Assembly (NCBI GenBank): GCA_964016885.1
Contig: OZ024748.1
Location: 8,184,001 to 8,248,000, forward strand
Direction: 5' to 3'
Length of the DNA stretch: 64,000 nucleotides
From: Eledone cirrhosa
Lineage: Eukaryota
Within the stretch, counting starts at the first letter, position 1. Each line of letters opens with the position of its first letter. The translations under genes were made by a program, and so were the position numbers. The notes below the pieces were generated by a model. That model saw nothing but the letters and a program-made list of their open reading frames with translations. It was not told the origin of the DNA and searched no databases. Shown one piece after another: positions 1 to 14,075 of the stretch.

Positions 1-200
1 TAAGATGTGTCTTTGTATATTAAGATATGTCTTTATATGTTAAGATGTGTCTTTGTATGTTAAGATGTAACTCTGCATGTAAAGATGTATCTTTGTATGT
101 TAAGATGTGAATCTACATGTTATGATGTGTCTCTACATGTTAAGACGTAACTCTACATGTAAAGATGTGTCTTTGTATGTTAAGATGTGTCTTTGTGTGT
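1..200. repeat. 20-bp minisatellite (TAAGATGTGTCTTTGTATGT-like), ~10 units, truncated by window start
   Basis: Direct 20-nt periodicity visible in the sequence. Confidence 0.9.
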
Positions 201-2574
201 ATATATATATATATATCGTTGATGGAGTTTCATTCTCATGAATCATTTCCTCTTTAGTTCAACCATTTAACACGAAGAAGTATTTGTTTCTCCATCAATA
301 TCTTAGAGATTATAGGGCCTTAAATACGACACATCGTTTGTTTTTTGATGGAGAGCATTGAGTTAAGCTTCCCTGTTAAATGTAACATGGCTGACACGGA
401 CGATACTGGAGAAAGCTTCTAAACAAACCAAGGTGTCGACATAAACATCTTATAATGAAGCTTAAATAGAAGATAATTGATTATTTTCGTTTGTTTCTTT
501 TGTTTTGTGTTGTTATTTTTATAAGTTCATTCTTAGCAGTAAATGTAAACAAGCAACTAAATTAGATTTAAGAAGACAAAAATAAAAATAAAAAAATTTG
601 GAAATTTCCCCAAGGCATATTGAAAAATGTTTGGTTAAGAATTGTTAATGCCTAGAAAGGAAAAAATATGTGAAAAATTTATTTCTATTCGCCACGAGAT
701 TTAAATATCAGCGTCACCACTGAGATCAGAGTCTCCCTTAAGCATAATAAATATTCCTTTATAATTTATTCATAGTTTCTTGAAATTAGCGACTCACAAA
801 AATCTTCGAGTGTCGCTAACGATAGCCGCTAGGTTTTTACTTTCTTTCTCTAACTAATATTCGTTTTTCTTTTTATTGACACCTACTCCAGTTATTTTAA
901 TCCATACCATGTCATTGTCCTATTTGAATTATTTCCCTTGAATCAATTTTCTTTCAATGTTATTAGTTTTCTTCTGTAAGTAGTTTAAATGTGAGAAGGA
1001 TTTTCTCGCAGCTTCCTTTCAACTTTCAATCAGAAACTATGATAAAGCCTCTTAAACTGAACACTCATAACCAAACTGTAAACTTGTTTGTCTACTTCAC
1101 AAGATAAATCTCACGCATGCTCAATACTGATAATTCTTATTTACAATGGGGAAAATCTTTAATTTTTTTTTACATTCCAAAAATAATTCCTCTTCTCGAA
1201 AGTCGACTAAATAGTTTCGTCAGCTGAAATATCAATTCTATTGCTATAAATAGAACTGCTACAATGCGGATCTATGTATTGAACAAATGTATATCAATGT
1301 TTTGTAAATGTAGATCTCTTTTCAAAACGCTAAGATATTTTTGTGAGTTTTATAGCGAATGATAATAATATTCGATTCGTTTGCAAGCAAACAGCCTCGT
1401 TATTTTATGTGTTTTAGACGACTACGTCATCCTTTTGTTCTATCGATGGCATAGAAAGACAGACAGACAGATAGACAGACTGAAAGAAAGAGAGAGAGAG
1501 ATTGAGATTATTCTCACAATTTCAAACCCGAATCTCTTTTTGTGGGTGCTTTGGTGATTAATAGTGAGCAAGGGTGAGTACCCTTCTAGCCTTGGCTGAT
1601 CTAAGCTTTTGGAACAGTTTGAAGCATTGCAATAAGAGTGGACCTTGTTTATAAGTCAACGGACATCTACCTTTCCTCTTCTACATTGAAAGTAATAACC
1701 TGAGAAACATGACCTTTCATCTAATTATAATGTTCTTTCTTGCAATAAAGTACAGCGAATGCCCTAATTTAAAAACTTAATTTTAATTCACTATTGCTCA
1801 GAAGCCTTAGTGTATTGCTTTACCTGTGTGCCTCAAGTATTCTTAAGATGACAAACTCTGGTATTATTGGATTCTTAATGTTTATACAACGTGGCTGTAT
1901 AAACAATATTATGTTTGCTGCTACACGTAGTTTGTAGAACATTAAATGTATTTCATGATGAAAATATTTCCTTGATTCTAGAGAAATAAAACCAATACAT
2001 ATAATCTCTAGGCTTCTAAGTAATTTAAGCTGGTTTGTTAAAGACAGAGACAGAGTTTCTGTTGAGAAATATCTATGATAATCATAATTACTGTCATTTT
2101 GTTTTCAATATCAAGACTGAAACATAATTTGATTTAGTGGTTTCAACAGTCTGACAAAGAGATTCATAGTTCTTTGTTTTAGATTAATAGTAATTGACGT
2201 GTGAGACTAAAAATAGCAAAACACTGCTTTTCAATGTTTCTTAAAGGCGGGAGGACGGATGCTATACGTCGTACATAAAAACCAGAAATATTATAATAAA
2301 TGTTTTTTTTATATTTTTCATTAATTGATTTTAAATTCTAGAAATATAATGTGAGAAATACGAAACCTCTCTCTTATACATCAATGTTTCTTAATGGTGT
2401 GAGGAGGGATACCAGATGTCGTACATCAGAACCAGAAGTAGGTATTACAGAAAAAGATTGTCATTAATTGCTTTAAATTTCGAGAAATATAATACGAAGT
2501 CTCTATCTTATACATTGGGTTTGTTTTCTGAGCATAAAAAATGGTGTTTAAGGTTTTGAATTTCATTAATTTTC

Positions 2575-2905
2575 TCTTAACTCGGAAAACGATGAGAATT
2601 GACCGTCTTTACTCGGGGAATTGTGACAACCTACTTTCTTAACTCGGGGAATGATAACAACTTAGCTTCCTAACTCGGGGAATGATAACAACTTACGTCT
2701 TTACTCGGAGAACGATGACAACATATCTTTAACTCAGAGGACAATGAAAACCTACTGCCTTAACTCGGGGAATGATGAAAACCTACCGCCTTAACTCGGG
2801 GAATGATGAAAACCTACTGCCTTAACTCGGAGACTTATGACAACTTACATTCTTAACTCGGGGAATGATGACAACCTGGTGTCTTAGCTCGTGGAATAAT
2901 GACAC
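2575..2905. repeat. ~30-bp degenerate minisatellite (CTTAACTCGGGGAATGATGACAAC core), ~11 units
   Basis: Core recurs every 29-31 nt. Confidence 0.85.
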
Positions 2906-3669
2906 CAAAGATGGTATATTTTCTTTATAATTAATCCTGTTCTTAAGGTTTCATTATGTAAACTAGTTGTTAATTGATTTCAAAGTAATAATACCCTTTC
3001 AGATATTACGATTAAGCCATGTTATAGAAATGGCATCTGGTTTCTATATTTAGTTTTTAATAATAGCTGTACGAGTGTAATTTATTCAGAGATTCAGCAC
3101 GGCATCACGGTCTATGATAGTAATAATCATGCGCCACAAATATATATATACATGGTGGCTGCCAACTCTGAACGAGTGTGGCTTTTTAGTCCAGCCAGCG
3201 ACTTAAAAACTCTGGTACAAACACTACACTTGTGACAATTACTGACACATAGTGCTGGGCCCATGGTACCATGTGACGACAAGTGCAGAGAGATCTCCAG
3301 ATATAAAGCAATGCATGTGCCGTGAAGCTTTTATAGTGAGCAAAGGCACTGCACAATGCCAGTCCCACTCTCTTAACCAAGATGACATTTACCAAAAAGA
3401 AGAATAAGTCAACATCATTGGATACCATCAGAGTTGCAGGTGTTATATCAGAGTTTTCCTTCTCCTAGAATTCTGCCTTGACAAAGGCTAAGGGGTCATC
3501 TCTCCCGGATATATATATATATATATATATATAAATATATGCATACATACATACATACACACACACCCCCACACACACACACACACACATATATATATTG
3601 ATACATACATGCATATGTATGTGTGTGTGTGTGTGTGTGTGTATGCAAATATATGTGTGTGTATATGTG

Positions 3670-3734
<65 letters not shown>

Positions 3735-4065
3735 TTATTTATATATATATATATACACATAATTTCATTGAAACAGTATTTCTTTTAGTTCTTTCAATTC
3801 TTTTATATTCCTGTATCGATTCCTCAATCTTGTTCATATTGAATTATCTCTTTGATCCTTTCCCTAAAGCTTTTACACACTTCTTCACATTCCATCTTCA
3901 GAGTCCCACCTTCTTTTTTCATCTTCATTACCTTAAATGTTTCCTGACACAACTTTTCTCCTATAGTATGTTCCTTTCTCCATGTTACCTTTAATGCAGT
4001 GTTTTTGATATTGCCAACCAGTTCACACTGTCAATCTACTCCTCTATTTGGTTATCTCTTTCATT

Positions 4066-4250
4066 GTGGATTGGCAGTATCGGTAGAGGGTCGGACGCCA
4101 TGCTTTCCAGCATAGTTACGTCCCTTTACGATCTGAGTTCAAATCCCACCGAGGTTGACTTTGCCTTTCATCCTTACGGGGTCGATAAAATAAAGTACCA
4201 GTAATGCACTGAGTAATTGCTGGCCTTGTGCCTAAAGTAGAAACAATTAT
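4066..4250 (+). mobile_element. tRNA-derived SINE, family A (the most abundant family in the window)
   Basis: Box A-like GGATTGGCAGTATCGG, box B GAGTTCAAATCC, body GCCTTTCATCCTTACGGGGTCGATAAAATAAAGTACCAG, tail GGCCTTGTGCCTAAAGTAGAAACAATTA; more than 15 copies in the window. Confidence 0.85.
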
Positions 4251-4389
4251 TTACTACTTCAAATCTATTCTGTATTTCAATATCATCTCCATATTTCTAT
4301 TTGATATTCATTGGAGGAACATGTTGTAAACGATAGTGATGAAATCACTCCTAGTTTAGAGGTATTTTATAACGATGACTACTCAAATA

Positions 4390-5093
4390 AGAGACATCAT
4401 GCTTTCTCATGGACTTCAGTGTCTGCCCCAATCGATATAAATATATGTCAAGATCTACGAAAAGTTAGACAAATACAAAGATCTTGAAATAGAAATTGGC
4501 AGAATGTCGAAACTCATGACTAGAACAATACCTATGGCTGCAAGAACCTTAGGAACAATAGCAAGGGTGGGGCAGAGGCGAGGCAGGGCTGATTATTACC
4601 CATCTCAAATTCTAAAAAATCCCAAAATGGAAGAAATTCAGAAAATATTACTCATGAAGTCTGCTGATATCCTACGAAATATACCGTCTATGTAACTCAA
4701 AACATGGAGTCTACTGATATCCTACGAAATATACCGTCTATGTAACTCAAAACAACTTGTTTTTAACATACCGAAAGTACTTTTAAATATATATAATAGC
4801 TAATTACCTTTTTTGTCATATTATCATTCTGGTGCCAAGCAATTATTTCTAAATAAACTTCTTAATTTTCTTCTATTTTGACATATTTTCTAGAACAATA
4901 GTTCTTACCAACCCAAGATACACAATTAAAATATAAATTCCTATCATCGAACTATCATAGATTCCTCGCCAAAATAATGGCAGGTATCAATCAATCATTT
5001 TTGCTATGATGTCCACCACTTGAACTTTTTTACTTGAGGTCAGGTCTTTATGTGGAAACTTTGTACAAATAACACAAAGCAAAATACAAACAT

Positions 5094-5135
<42 letters not shown>
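4390..5135 (+). mobile_element. 3' remnant of an R4/Dong-like (restriction-like endonuclease) non-LTR retrotransposon
   Basis: Translation KLDKYKDLEIEIGRM..TIP....LGTI resembles the RLE C-terminus; region ends in (CAA)n; internal ~41-bp duplication at 4664/4714. Confidence 0.6.
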
Positions 5136-5174
5136 AAGAAGAAGAAATATAAATGCTTTATTGTTATCGGGTGG

Positions 5175-5295
5175 GTGATGGTGGTGGTGATGGTGATGGT
5201 GATGGTGATGATGATGGTGATGGTGATGATGATGATGATGGTGATGATGATGGTGATGGTGATGATGATGGTGATGATGATGGTGATGGTGATGG
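5175..5295. repeat. (GAT/GGT)n trinucleotide microsatellite
   Basis: Direct reading. Confidence 0.95.
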
Positions 5296-5568
5296 ATTAG
5301 AATGTATTACAAGGCTTTTCCATATTTACTTTAAATAACTTACAATAGATATTTCCACAGTTCCATAAATAATCAATAAACACAAATAAAGGCGAATATT
5401 TGATCAGTTAATACTTAGGGGAGTTTATCTCTATAAATAACACAATGATTGATTCTCGTGTTTTTTACTTCTTTTGTCTTTGTTTTTGTTTTATATATTT
5501 GTTGTTTTTGGTGTTTGGTATTTGTGGTTGGCGGGGCGGGGGTTTGCCTTTATTATTCCTCTAATCCG

Positions 5569-5812
5569 CATCATCATCATAATCATCACCAATAACATCA
5601 AAATCATTATCATCGTCATCATCCTCATCATCATCATCATCAACATCATCATCACCACCATCATGATTATCATCATCATCAACATCATCATCACCATCAA
5701 CATCATTATCAACATCATCAACAACTTTATCATCATCATCATCATCATCATCAAAATCATCATCATCATCAACATCATCATCAACAACAACGTCGTCGTC
5801 GTCGTCGTCACG

Positions 5813-5849
<37 letters not shown>

Positions 5850-5905
5850 CCACAATCATCATCACCACCATCATCACCATCACCACCATCATCATCATCA
5901 CCACC

Positions 5906-5984
<79 letters not shown>

Positions 5985-6075
5985 CCATCACCAACATCAC
6001 CACCATCATCAACATCACCACCATCACCATCATCACCATCACCATCACCACCACCACCATCATCATCATCATCAA
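5569..6075. repeat. ~500-bp compound (CAT/CAC/CAA)n trinucleotide microsatellite
   Basis: Direct reading; accounts for the poly-I, poly-M and poly-D ORFs in the track. Confidence 0.95.
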
Positions 6076-6669
6076 TTAAACATCCCCCTGTATACAATAT
6101 AAAGTAAGAACCCTCACCATTCCAGACTCAACTATGTTCCTCCTGTATTTTTTCGTTAATTTTTCTCTCAAAAATATTTCTCTTGCCTGAAGAAACACGA
6201 AAATAGAGGAATATTTGTTTCCAAGACAAAGGTGAGTTTTTGTTAGCCTTCTTCCTAAGTGTAGTGACAGTCTTTCTTCGTGTCTATAGTGACTGACTGC
6301 CAACAAGACCAGTTCACATCCATACAACTATTCACTAGTCAATAAGAAGTGTTTTCGTGAATATAACAAAAATATGTCTGAATAGGTTAGAAAGTAAGTT
6401 CTTTACAGTGTACTCTTCAGCCATTCCTGTTTGTTCTGATGAAAAGATGCAACTTTGCTTAGCTTTTCAAATCAACGTTTTTTTTGTTTTTTGCTTGTTT
6501 TGGGGGGTAAAAGCGAAAAAAAAAAAGAAAGAAAACGGAAATGGTTTTCTTCTTCTTTAACAAAACTGATCTTCGTGGTTATCAATAAAAAAGAAAGGAA
6601 TCTGTATCCATTATTTTTCTCTATCAACACACACGCAAGACGTAGAAAATATACACACAATATATAACG

Positions 6670-7160
6670 GCTTCTTATATAGGCACAAGGCCAGCAATTT
6701 TGGGGGAGGGGAAAGTCGATTAAATCGACACCAGTACATTACTGGTACTTTATTTTATCGACCCCGTAAGGATGAAAGGCAAAGTTAACCTCGGCGGGAT
6801 TTGAACTCAGAACATAAAGGGTCATAAAGGGCCAATCCACTATATAATTGTTTATACTTTAGGCACAAGGCCAGCAATTTGAACTCAGACTGTAAAGGGA
6901 CGTAACTATGCTAGAAAGCATGGCGTCCAACCCTCTACCGATACTGCCAATCCACTATATATAATTGTTTCTACTTTTGGCACAAGGCCAGCAAATCACC
7001 CAGAACATTACTGGTACTTTATTTTATCGACCCTGTAAGGATGAAAGGCAAAGTTAACCTTGGCGGGATTTGAACTCAGAATGGCAAGGGTCGTAACTCT
7101 ATGAGTCAAAGCATGGCGTTCGACCCGCTACCGATACTGCCAATCCACTGCCAATCCACT
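6670..7160 (-). mobile_element. Three tandem or nested copies of SINE family A
   Basis: GGCACAAGGCCAGCAA tail and GGATTTGAACTC (reverse box B) occur three times. Confidence 0.85.
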
Positions 7161-7789
7161 ATATAATGATAGATAGGCTTTCTTTACAATAATTAGAAGT
7201 TATAACCTCTGGAGGAGGTTATAACTAGCTTCAAATAATTTCCTAGTTATAACCGCTAATCAGTTTATTACGTATGAATCTAATTAATTTAAACTATATT
7301 AGGTATTTACTACAATTAATTAACTCATCCGGGAAATGTAAGTCGGGTGGTCTGGTAGAAGAAAATTAATGTTATCGTGTGCGAAGCTTTATAGAGGGGG
7401 GGTGAAGGTGTGGTTCACCTTGTCACTGTAGTTCCTGGTAATGTCATAAGGGGGCGCTGCAAAGAGATATATGGTGTTTCTTAGGGTATTTTAAGACCTT
7501 CAAGTCTGAATACAGCAGGTTTCTTGCCCAGAAGGAAGAGGGGGAGAGGAGGGAGAGAGGAGGAAGAGCAGGGGGAGGAGGAGGAAGAGGGAGAGAGGAG
7601 GAAGAGTGAGGGGTGAAGGAGGAGTATATATTAGACATAATTCTCAAGTAAAGATATATACTTAGTTAACACGAATTAGAGACGATATTAAATCATTCCA
7701 TATATTTAAAGGAAAAGCTTAGAATTAACACAGATTAGAGACGGCATTAAAATGTTCCATATATTTTCTATCAGGTAAAACGTATATAG

Positions 7790-8750
7790 GTAATACAGAT
7801 TAAAGACGGTATTAATATATATATATATTTCTCAGGTAAACCAACGTAGGTAACACAGATTAAAGACGGTATTAATATATATATATTTGTCAGGTAAACC
7901 AACGTAGGTAACACAGATTAAAGACGGTATTAATATATATATATATTTGTCAGGTAAACCAACGTAGGTAACACAGATTAAAGACGGTATTAATATATAT
8001 ATATTTCTCAGGTAAACCAACGTAGGTAACACAGATTAAAGACGGTATTAATATATATATATATTTGTCAGGTAAACCAACGTAGGTAACACAGATTAAA
8101 GACGGTATTAATATATATATATATTTGTCAGGTAAACCAACGTAGGTAACACAGATTAAAGACGGTATTAATATATATATATTTCTCAGGTAAACCAACG
8201 TAGGTAACACAGATTAAAGACGGTATTAATATATATATATTTCTCAGGTAAACCAACGTAGGTAACACAGATTAAAGACGGTATTAATATATATATATTT
8301 CTCAGGTAAACCAACGTAGGTAATACAGATTAAAGACGGTATTAATATATATATATTTCTCAGGTAAACCAACGTAGGTAACACAGATTAAAGACGGTAT
8401 TAATATATATATATTTCTCAGGTAAACCAACGTAGTTAACACAGGTTAAAGACGGTATTAATATATATATATTTCTCAGGTAAACCAACGTAGGTAACAC
8501 AGATTAAAGACGGTATTAATATATATATATTTCTCAGGTAAACCAACGTAGGTAACACAGATTAAAGACGGTATTAATATATATATATTTCTCAGGTAAA
8601 CCAACGTAGGTAACACAGATTAAAGACGGTATTAATATATATATATTTCTCAGGTAAACCAACGTAGGTAACACAGATTAAAGACGGTATTAATATATAT
8701 ATATATATTTCTCAGGTAAACCAACGTAGTTAACACAGGTTAGAGACGCC
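7790..8750. repeat. 58/60-bp minisatellite, ~16 near-identical units with an internal (AT)n
   Basis: Unit AGGTAAACCAACGTAGGTAACACAGATTAAAGACGGTATTAATATATATATATTTCTC. Confidence 0.95.
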
Positions 8751-9739
8751 TCGTTAGAAAAATATGCCAGAGATAGAACCAAAAAGATTTTAGTTTTTTT
8801 AATGAAGGAAGTGTTAATATAAAGCAGATAGAAGAGATCAGATAAACATTAACAAGATTAAAAGACACAAAAATATCTAACACTATTGGCCATTTTACAA
8901 ACAACAGTTTGGCAGTAAATTAAAGAAATGTTACTAAATATATCTGCCCGTTTCCAATGGTAGAAACCACATTAGACATTAGATATTGATGTTTTAAAAC
9001 ACTTACATAGATATTTACAGATTGAAGTTAATATTAAGGTAATAAAGTCCAAACATGTTTTGAGATATAAATACCAACCAATACACCTGATATTTATATT
9101 TACTACTTCAAGATATTCTATTTAATCGATTATTTTGAATACGTGCCAAACCAGATTATTGGTTATGTGCCATATCAATGTTTTGCAATTTAAAAGTATC
9201 CTCGAATACAATAGCTGTTAAAGACTTTTGACACCGAGAATGTTGGATTTTCAGGAAACCAGATTTGACGTTGATGAAAACAGGTCGGCTTTTCAAACAA
9301 TGAAGGTTTTGTTTTGTTTTTTCTCTATCTGACGAAATAGTACGTTTCCGTATCAGACAACTCTCGGATCTCAAATTTCTTCCACCAGCACCCCACCACG
9401 CGCTTTTATTCCACCACCCACCGCCCACTTATTAGATTTTATTAATCTATCTCCGGCGAAATTTTATTTTTAAGTGGTAACCTTCTTACGACAGTTAATT
9501 TTCTTTAGATATTAAAAAACATTTTACATGACAAAAAAGTACATTACTAGAAATCCTATTCGTTACAAATTAAATAAGATGGGTCGGGGTCTCAATATGT
9601 AAACTAAACGACTAATTCTGTTTTGTTTTTTTTAAATCAATGGAGACAACCTAGAAAAATTACGGATTTTTCAATGACATCCAATGACAAGCCAATATAA
9701 GAAGATAACAGGACAGTTACGAGAATAACATGTGTCATT

Positions 9740-10050
9740 GTGAGTTCAAATCCCGTCGAGGTTAACTTTGCCTTTCATCCTTACGGGGCTCGATAAAATA
9801 AAGTAACAGTAACGCACTTGGGGCGATTAATCTACTTTTCCGTCCCCACAAAAAATGTTATTTTGGGTCGATAAAATAAAGTACCAGTCACACACTGGAG
9901 TCAATTTAATCTACTTTCCCCTCACCCTCAAAAATTGTTGTTTGAGTTCGATAAAATAAAGTACTAGTCACACACTGGGGTCTATTTAATCTACTTTCCC
10001 CTCTCCCAAAATAATTGTCGTTGGCCCTGTACCTAAACCAGAAACCATTA
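9740..10050 (+). mobile_element. SINE family A with an internally triplicated body segment
   Basis: GAGTTCAAATCC followed by three TCGATAAAATAAAGTA...TTAATCTACTTT blocks. Confidence 0.75.
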
Positions 10051-10775
10051 GTCAGAACCGATGACTAGTAAGTGTTAATATATTTTCTATTATTGTTTAG
10101 TTATGTAGTGTTAACTAAGTATTAAAAAGTATTTTAAAATAAGTATTAAAAATCATGGGTCATTAAACATAAAAATAATAGGAAACTTTAATTGGATATA
10201 AGACAGCAAGAGTTCGAGGAACCAACACTGGTACACAGACATGCTTCTAGCTATAAAACATAAAGTGCCATGACTACCATGTGTCAGGCTAAAGATGGTT
10301 TTCTGTTTGTTTTTTCTTTTCTGTTTTTGTTATTGAATTCCTGATCTATGAGAGTCTCTGGATTATTATCGCTAAAGTTATTAACATTCTTTATTTTCTT
10401 TCTTTGTTTTTATTTTTTATTTCCACTCAACATACTCGGGTTTAATGTGAATAAGAGTTGATTGAAATATTTTCAACTGACTGAAGATTTTCTAGAAAAT
10501 CATGGACTTCTAGTCATCTCTTATATGAGCTTCAGAAATGAAAAAGTTGCAGTAATTTCTAATTTGTATTTCAGTTTCTTTTTATGGCTGATTTATGACT
10601 TTCAATTGCTTCATTTCGAATCTCGATGTTTTCTTATTTTATTGAGAACAGAATTCAGAAAACTAAACGTAAAAACATTTCTGGTGACGAAGAAACTAAC
10701 TAATAATGTTTTTAGTTCAGAAACTAGAAATAAGTCCAACCATATATAATACGCCATTATATATGTATGTGTGTG

Positions 10776-10857
<82 letters not shown>

Positions 10858-11045
10858 CATATATATATATATACATATATATATACATATATATATAAAT
10901 GCATATATATATATATTGTTATACTTTGGGAGGGTCATGTTGCCAATAAGAAACACGCATAAGTATAACAATATCGGTTTCAACACACGTTTTCAGATAA
11001 AGAATCTTGCTAAACAAATTCAGAAACGACATATATATATAAATT

Positions 11046-11134
<89 letters not shown>

Positions 11135-11995
11135 GTAAAACACAGGGAGGTTATATCCGTAGTAAGTATAAAGGACGAGTTCGTTATAAAGTTAGTTACA
11201 CAACAAATTAGCAAACCATACTCGAGGACGACATATTTCTGCTTTGGATCCCTTCTCAGACTCCATAAGTGTAAATTCTTAATGAAGCTACATCCTGCAT
11301 CACTTTTATATAACCCCTTCTTTATATTCTTTCCATTGTGCATTAGTAATACCTCCTTCCTTCTTATCTTGTTCATTTTTATCTTCTAGAAACTTACAAG
11401 TCATTTATTTTGTCTTCTTCAAATGTTTCTAGTCCTTCCTTTCTCTTGCTTTCTCCTGCAATTTTACATTCCTATTCCAAATAATTGCCTTTATTTTCTT
11501 ATGGATGCACGTTGCAGTTCTTCATCCAACCATAATTTATTAATTGGTTTTTGCCTGCCGCAGTTCTGCCACAGTTTATAATTTTATTGTTAAATCCATT
11601 TTGTATTCTAAGATTCTTCATTTTTTAAAAGGATTTCTTGCCTTAGTTCTTCAGGATATCTGTCAAAATAATTAACGCTACGTGTTCTGTTCCACATGAA
11701 ACCACATTAGCAAGTCATTCTTTGAACAACACAGCACATCATTATCACTACAGCTTATTAAATATTAAAATTTACTGCACAATTTCACAGCAATTTGTCC
11801 ACTATTAAAGATACTATAAAAACAAAAATGTGGAGATAATATTTGTAGTAAGTCCAGAGGACGAGTTCGGTATAGAGTTAGTTACACAACATATTAACCA
11901 ACCGTACTCGAGAACAATTCATGGCGAAAGACCTTGAAAATGTTTTTCAGATAAATCCCGTTTATTAGTCAATGTACACAGACACGCACGCACAC

Positions 11996-12097
<102 letters not shown>

Positions 12098-12409
12098 TAG
12101 TGCCAACTAACACACACACATATATATATATATATTAGTGCCAACCTGACTAGTCTTAAGATAATAAATTTATGATAGAAAGTGTGGTTCTGTTGTAAAT
12201 GTAGAAGCATAATCAGTGGCAGACTAGTCTCAATATTGGTTAGCAGGAGATGAAGGGCACACCTATATATAGAATGCTATCATTTAATTTTTGTAATGAA
12301 TAAATAACATTTTCGAAAAATACATAATTGGAAACAAAACAGTGCAATCAAATATCTTACCTTCTTCAATAAAAAATATGTATTTTTGCGAAATCCAGAA
12401 ACTTTCAAC

Positions 12410-12880
12410 AATGACCAGAAGTCGACCCTAAATATTACTATTAGTTCTAGGAAAGCCATGAACGACACTACATCTTTTTAAGTTTCATTTTGAAAGTAGG
12501 TTTATAATTATCAATTTTCATTATACTTACGTAGTTGTCTCTGTGGCCTACTTGGAGGAGTCATAGAATGTGGTGATCCTGGTCTGAAGTTCGATCCTGG
12601 TCGAGAGTAGGGTTCTCGGTAAACCTTTTCAGTTTTTTTTCTATGGGTTGTAAAATAAACACTGAAAAAAAGGTTACATGTACCTCTTGAGCAGGATTGA
12701 ACCTAAGACCAGCATTTCCACCGTCTCTAGTACGTACCGCTAGGCCACAGAGACAACTACGAAAATCTTTTGAAAATTCGTACTTATAAACCTACTTTCA
12801 AAATTTTCAAAACAAAGTGTTGTGGTGTCGTTCATGTCTTTCTTAATGTTATTGCTCCTACTTAAGGTCGACTTCTAAAT
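12410..12880. mobile_element. Foldback element: two inverted copies, each with a tRNA-like Pol III unit
   Basis: GTAGTTGTCTCTGTGGCCTA (~12531) versus TAGGCCACAGAGACAACTAC (12741), plus further inverted matches outward. Confidence 0.7.
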
Positions 12881-13612
12881 AATTTGGGTGTTCCATAAAC
12901 TACATCCTCGTTTTGTTTCTCATCTATCTAGACTATATTTTAACCTGCAATCCATGTTTCATTTCTATTGCACTGCATTTCTCCCCTCCCCCCTCTCTCT
13001 CTTTAAAAAAATTTATTCTTTCAGGTATTTTTTGAAAGCAAGCATTGGCCCCTAAAATACTACAGTGGGTCCTGCAATGCTACTGTGGACTCTTGCAATG
13101 CTACCGTGGGTCCCTTGGGGCCCACTTGCCATTGGACAACCTTGCCAATCCTCCACTGGGTATAGTATAAATCTATTAGTACATTTCTATTCACACCAAA
13201 AGACCAGATACAATTGCAGTTGTTGACAATATGTACTCTAGTTTGTAATAAAATGTAAGTCTAAATCAATGTATCAATGTACTACTTGAAGAATATTTGT
13301 ATTTTTTAAGCTTCCCTTAATAATGGATAAATCAAATTGATTGAGATAGATTATATGTGTGTACTAAAATACTCCCTAAAATATCTATGCTGTCTTTCGT
13401 ACATTCACCTATCGATTTTGTGCCAAGTCAGCATATAAAAACAACAATATATAAAAATACAAATAAAATTGTTATTGCTTAATGCGATAAGTCAAAGTAA
13501 ACATAGAATCGTGTTTTGCCTAAATTAATTTGGTTTAACTGCATTGAAGCTGCAGATAAGTGTAGGAAAGGGCAGATAGATTATAATAATGATAGACAAT
13601 GGTATGAAACAT

Positions 13613-13645
<33 letters not shown>

Positions 13646-13650
13646 ATATA

Positions 13651-13960
<310 letters not shown>

Positions 13961-14003
13961 ATATATATATATATATATGTGTATATATATATGTATATAT
14001 GTA

Positions 14004-14075
<72 letters not shown>

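Noticed and set aside
3170-3428. 80-aa minus-strand ORF and a nearby C2H2-like CSVCTRVFKSLAGLKSH string
   Set aside because: Looks like a decayed LINE C-terminal zinc finger; no coherent exon structure
5474-6097. Long poly-Ile, poly-Met and poly-Asp ORFs
   Set aside because: Translations of a trinucleotide microsatellite that are open in several frames; no splice or homology support
7790-8750. CRISPR-like appearance of the regular arrays (also 15043, 29400, 58862)
   Set aside because: No unique spacers, no cas genes, eukaryotic context; these are plain tandem repeats
9328-9360. CTGACGA motif (also CTGACGA at 54974 and CTGATGA at 40467)
   Set aside because: No correctly placed GAAA and stems downstream
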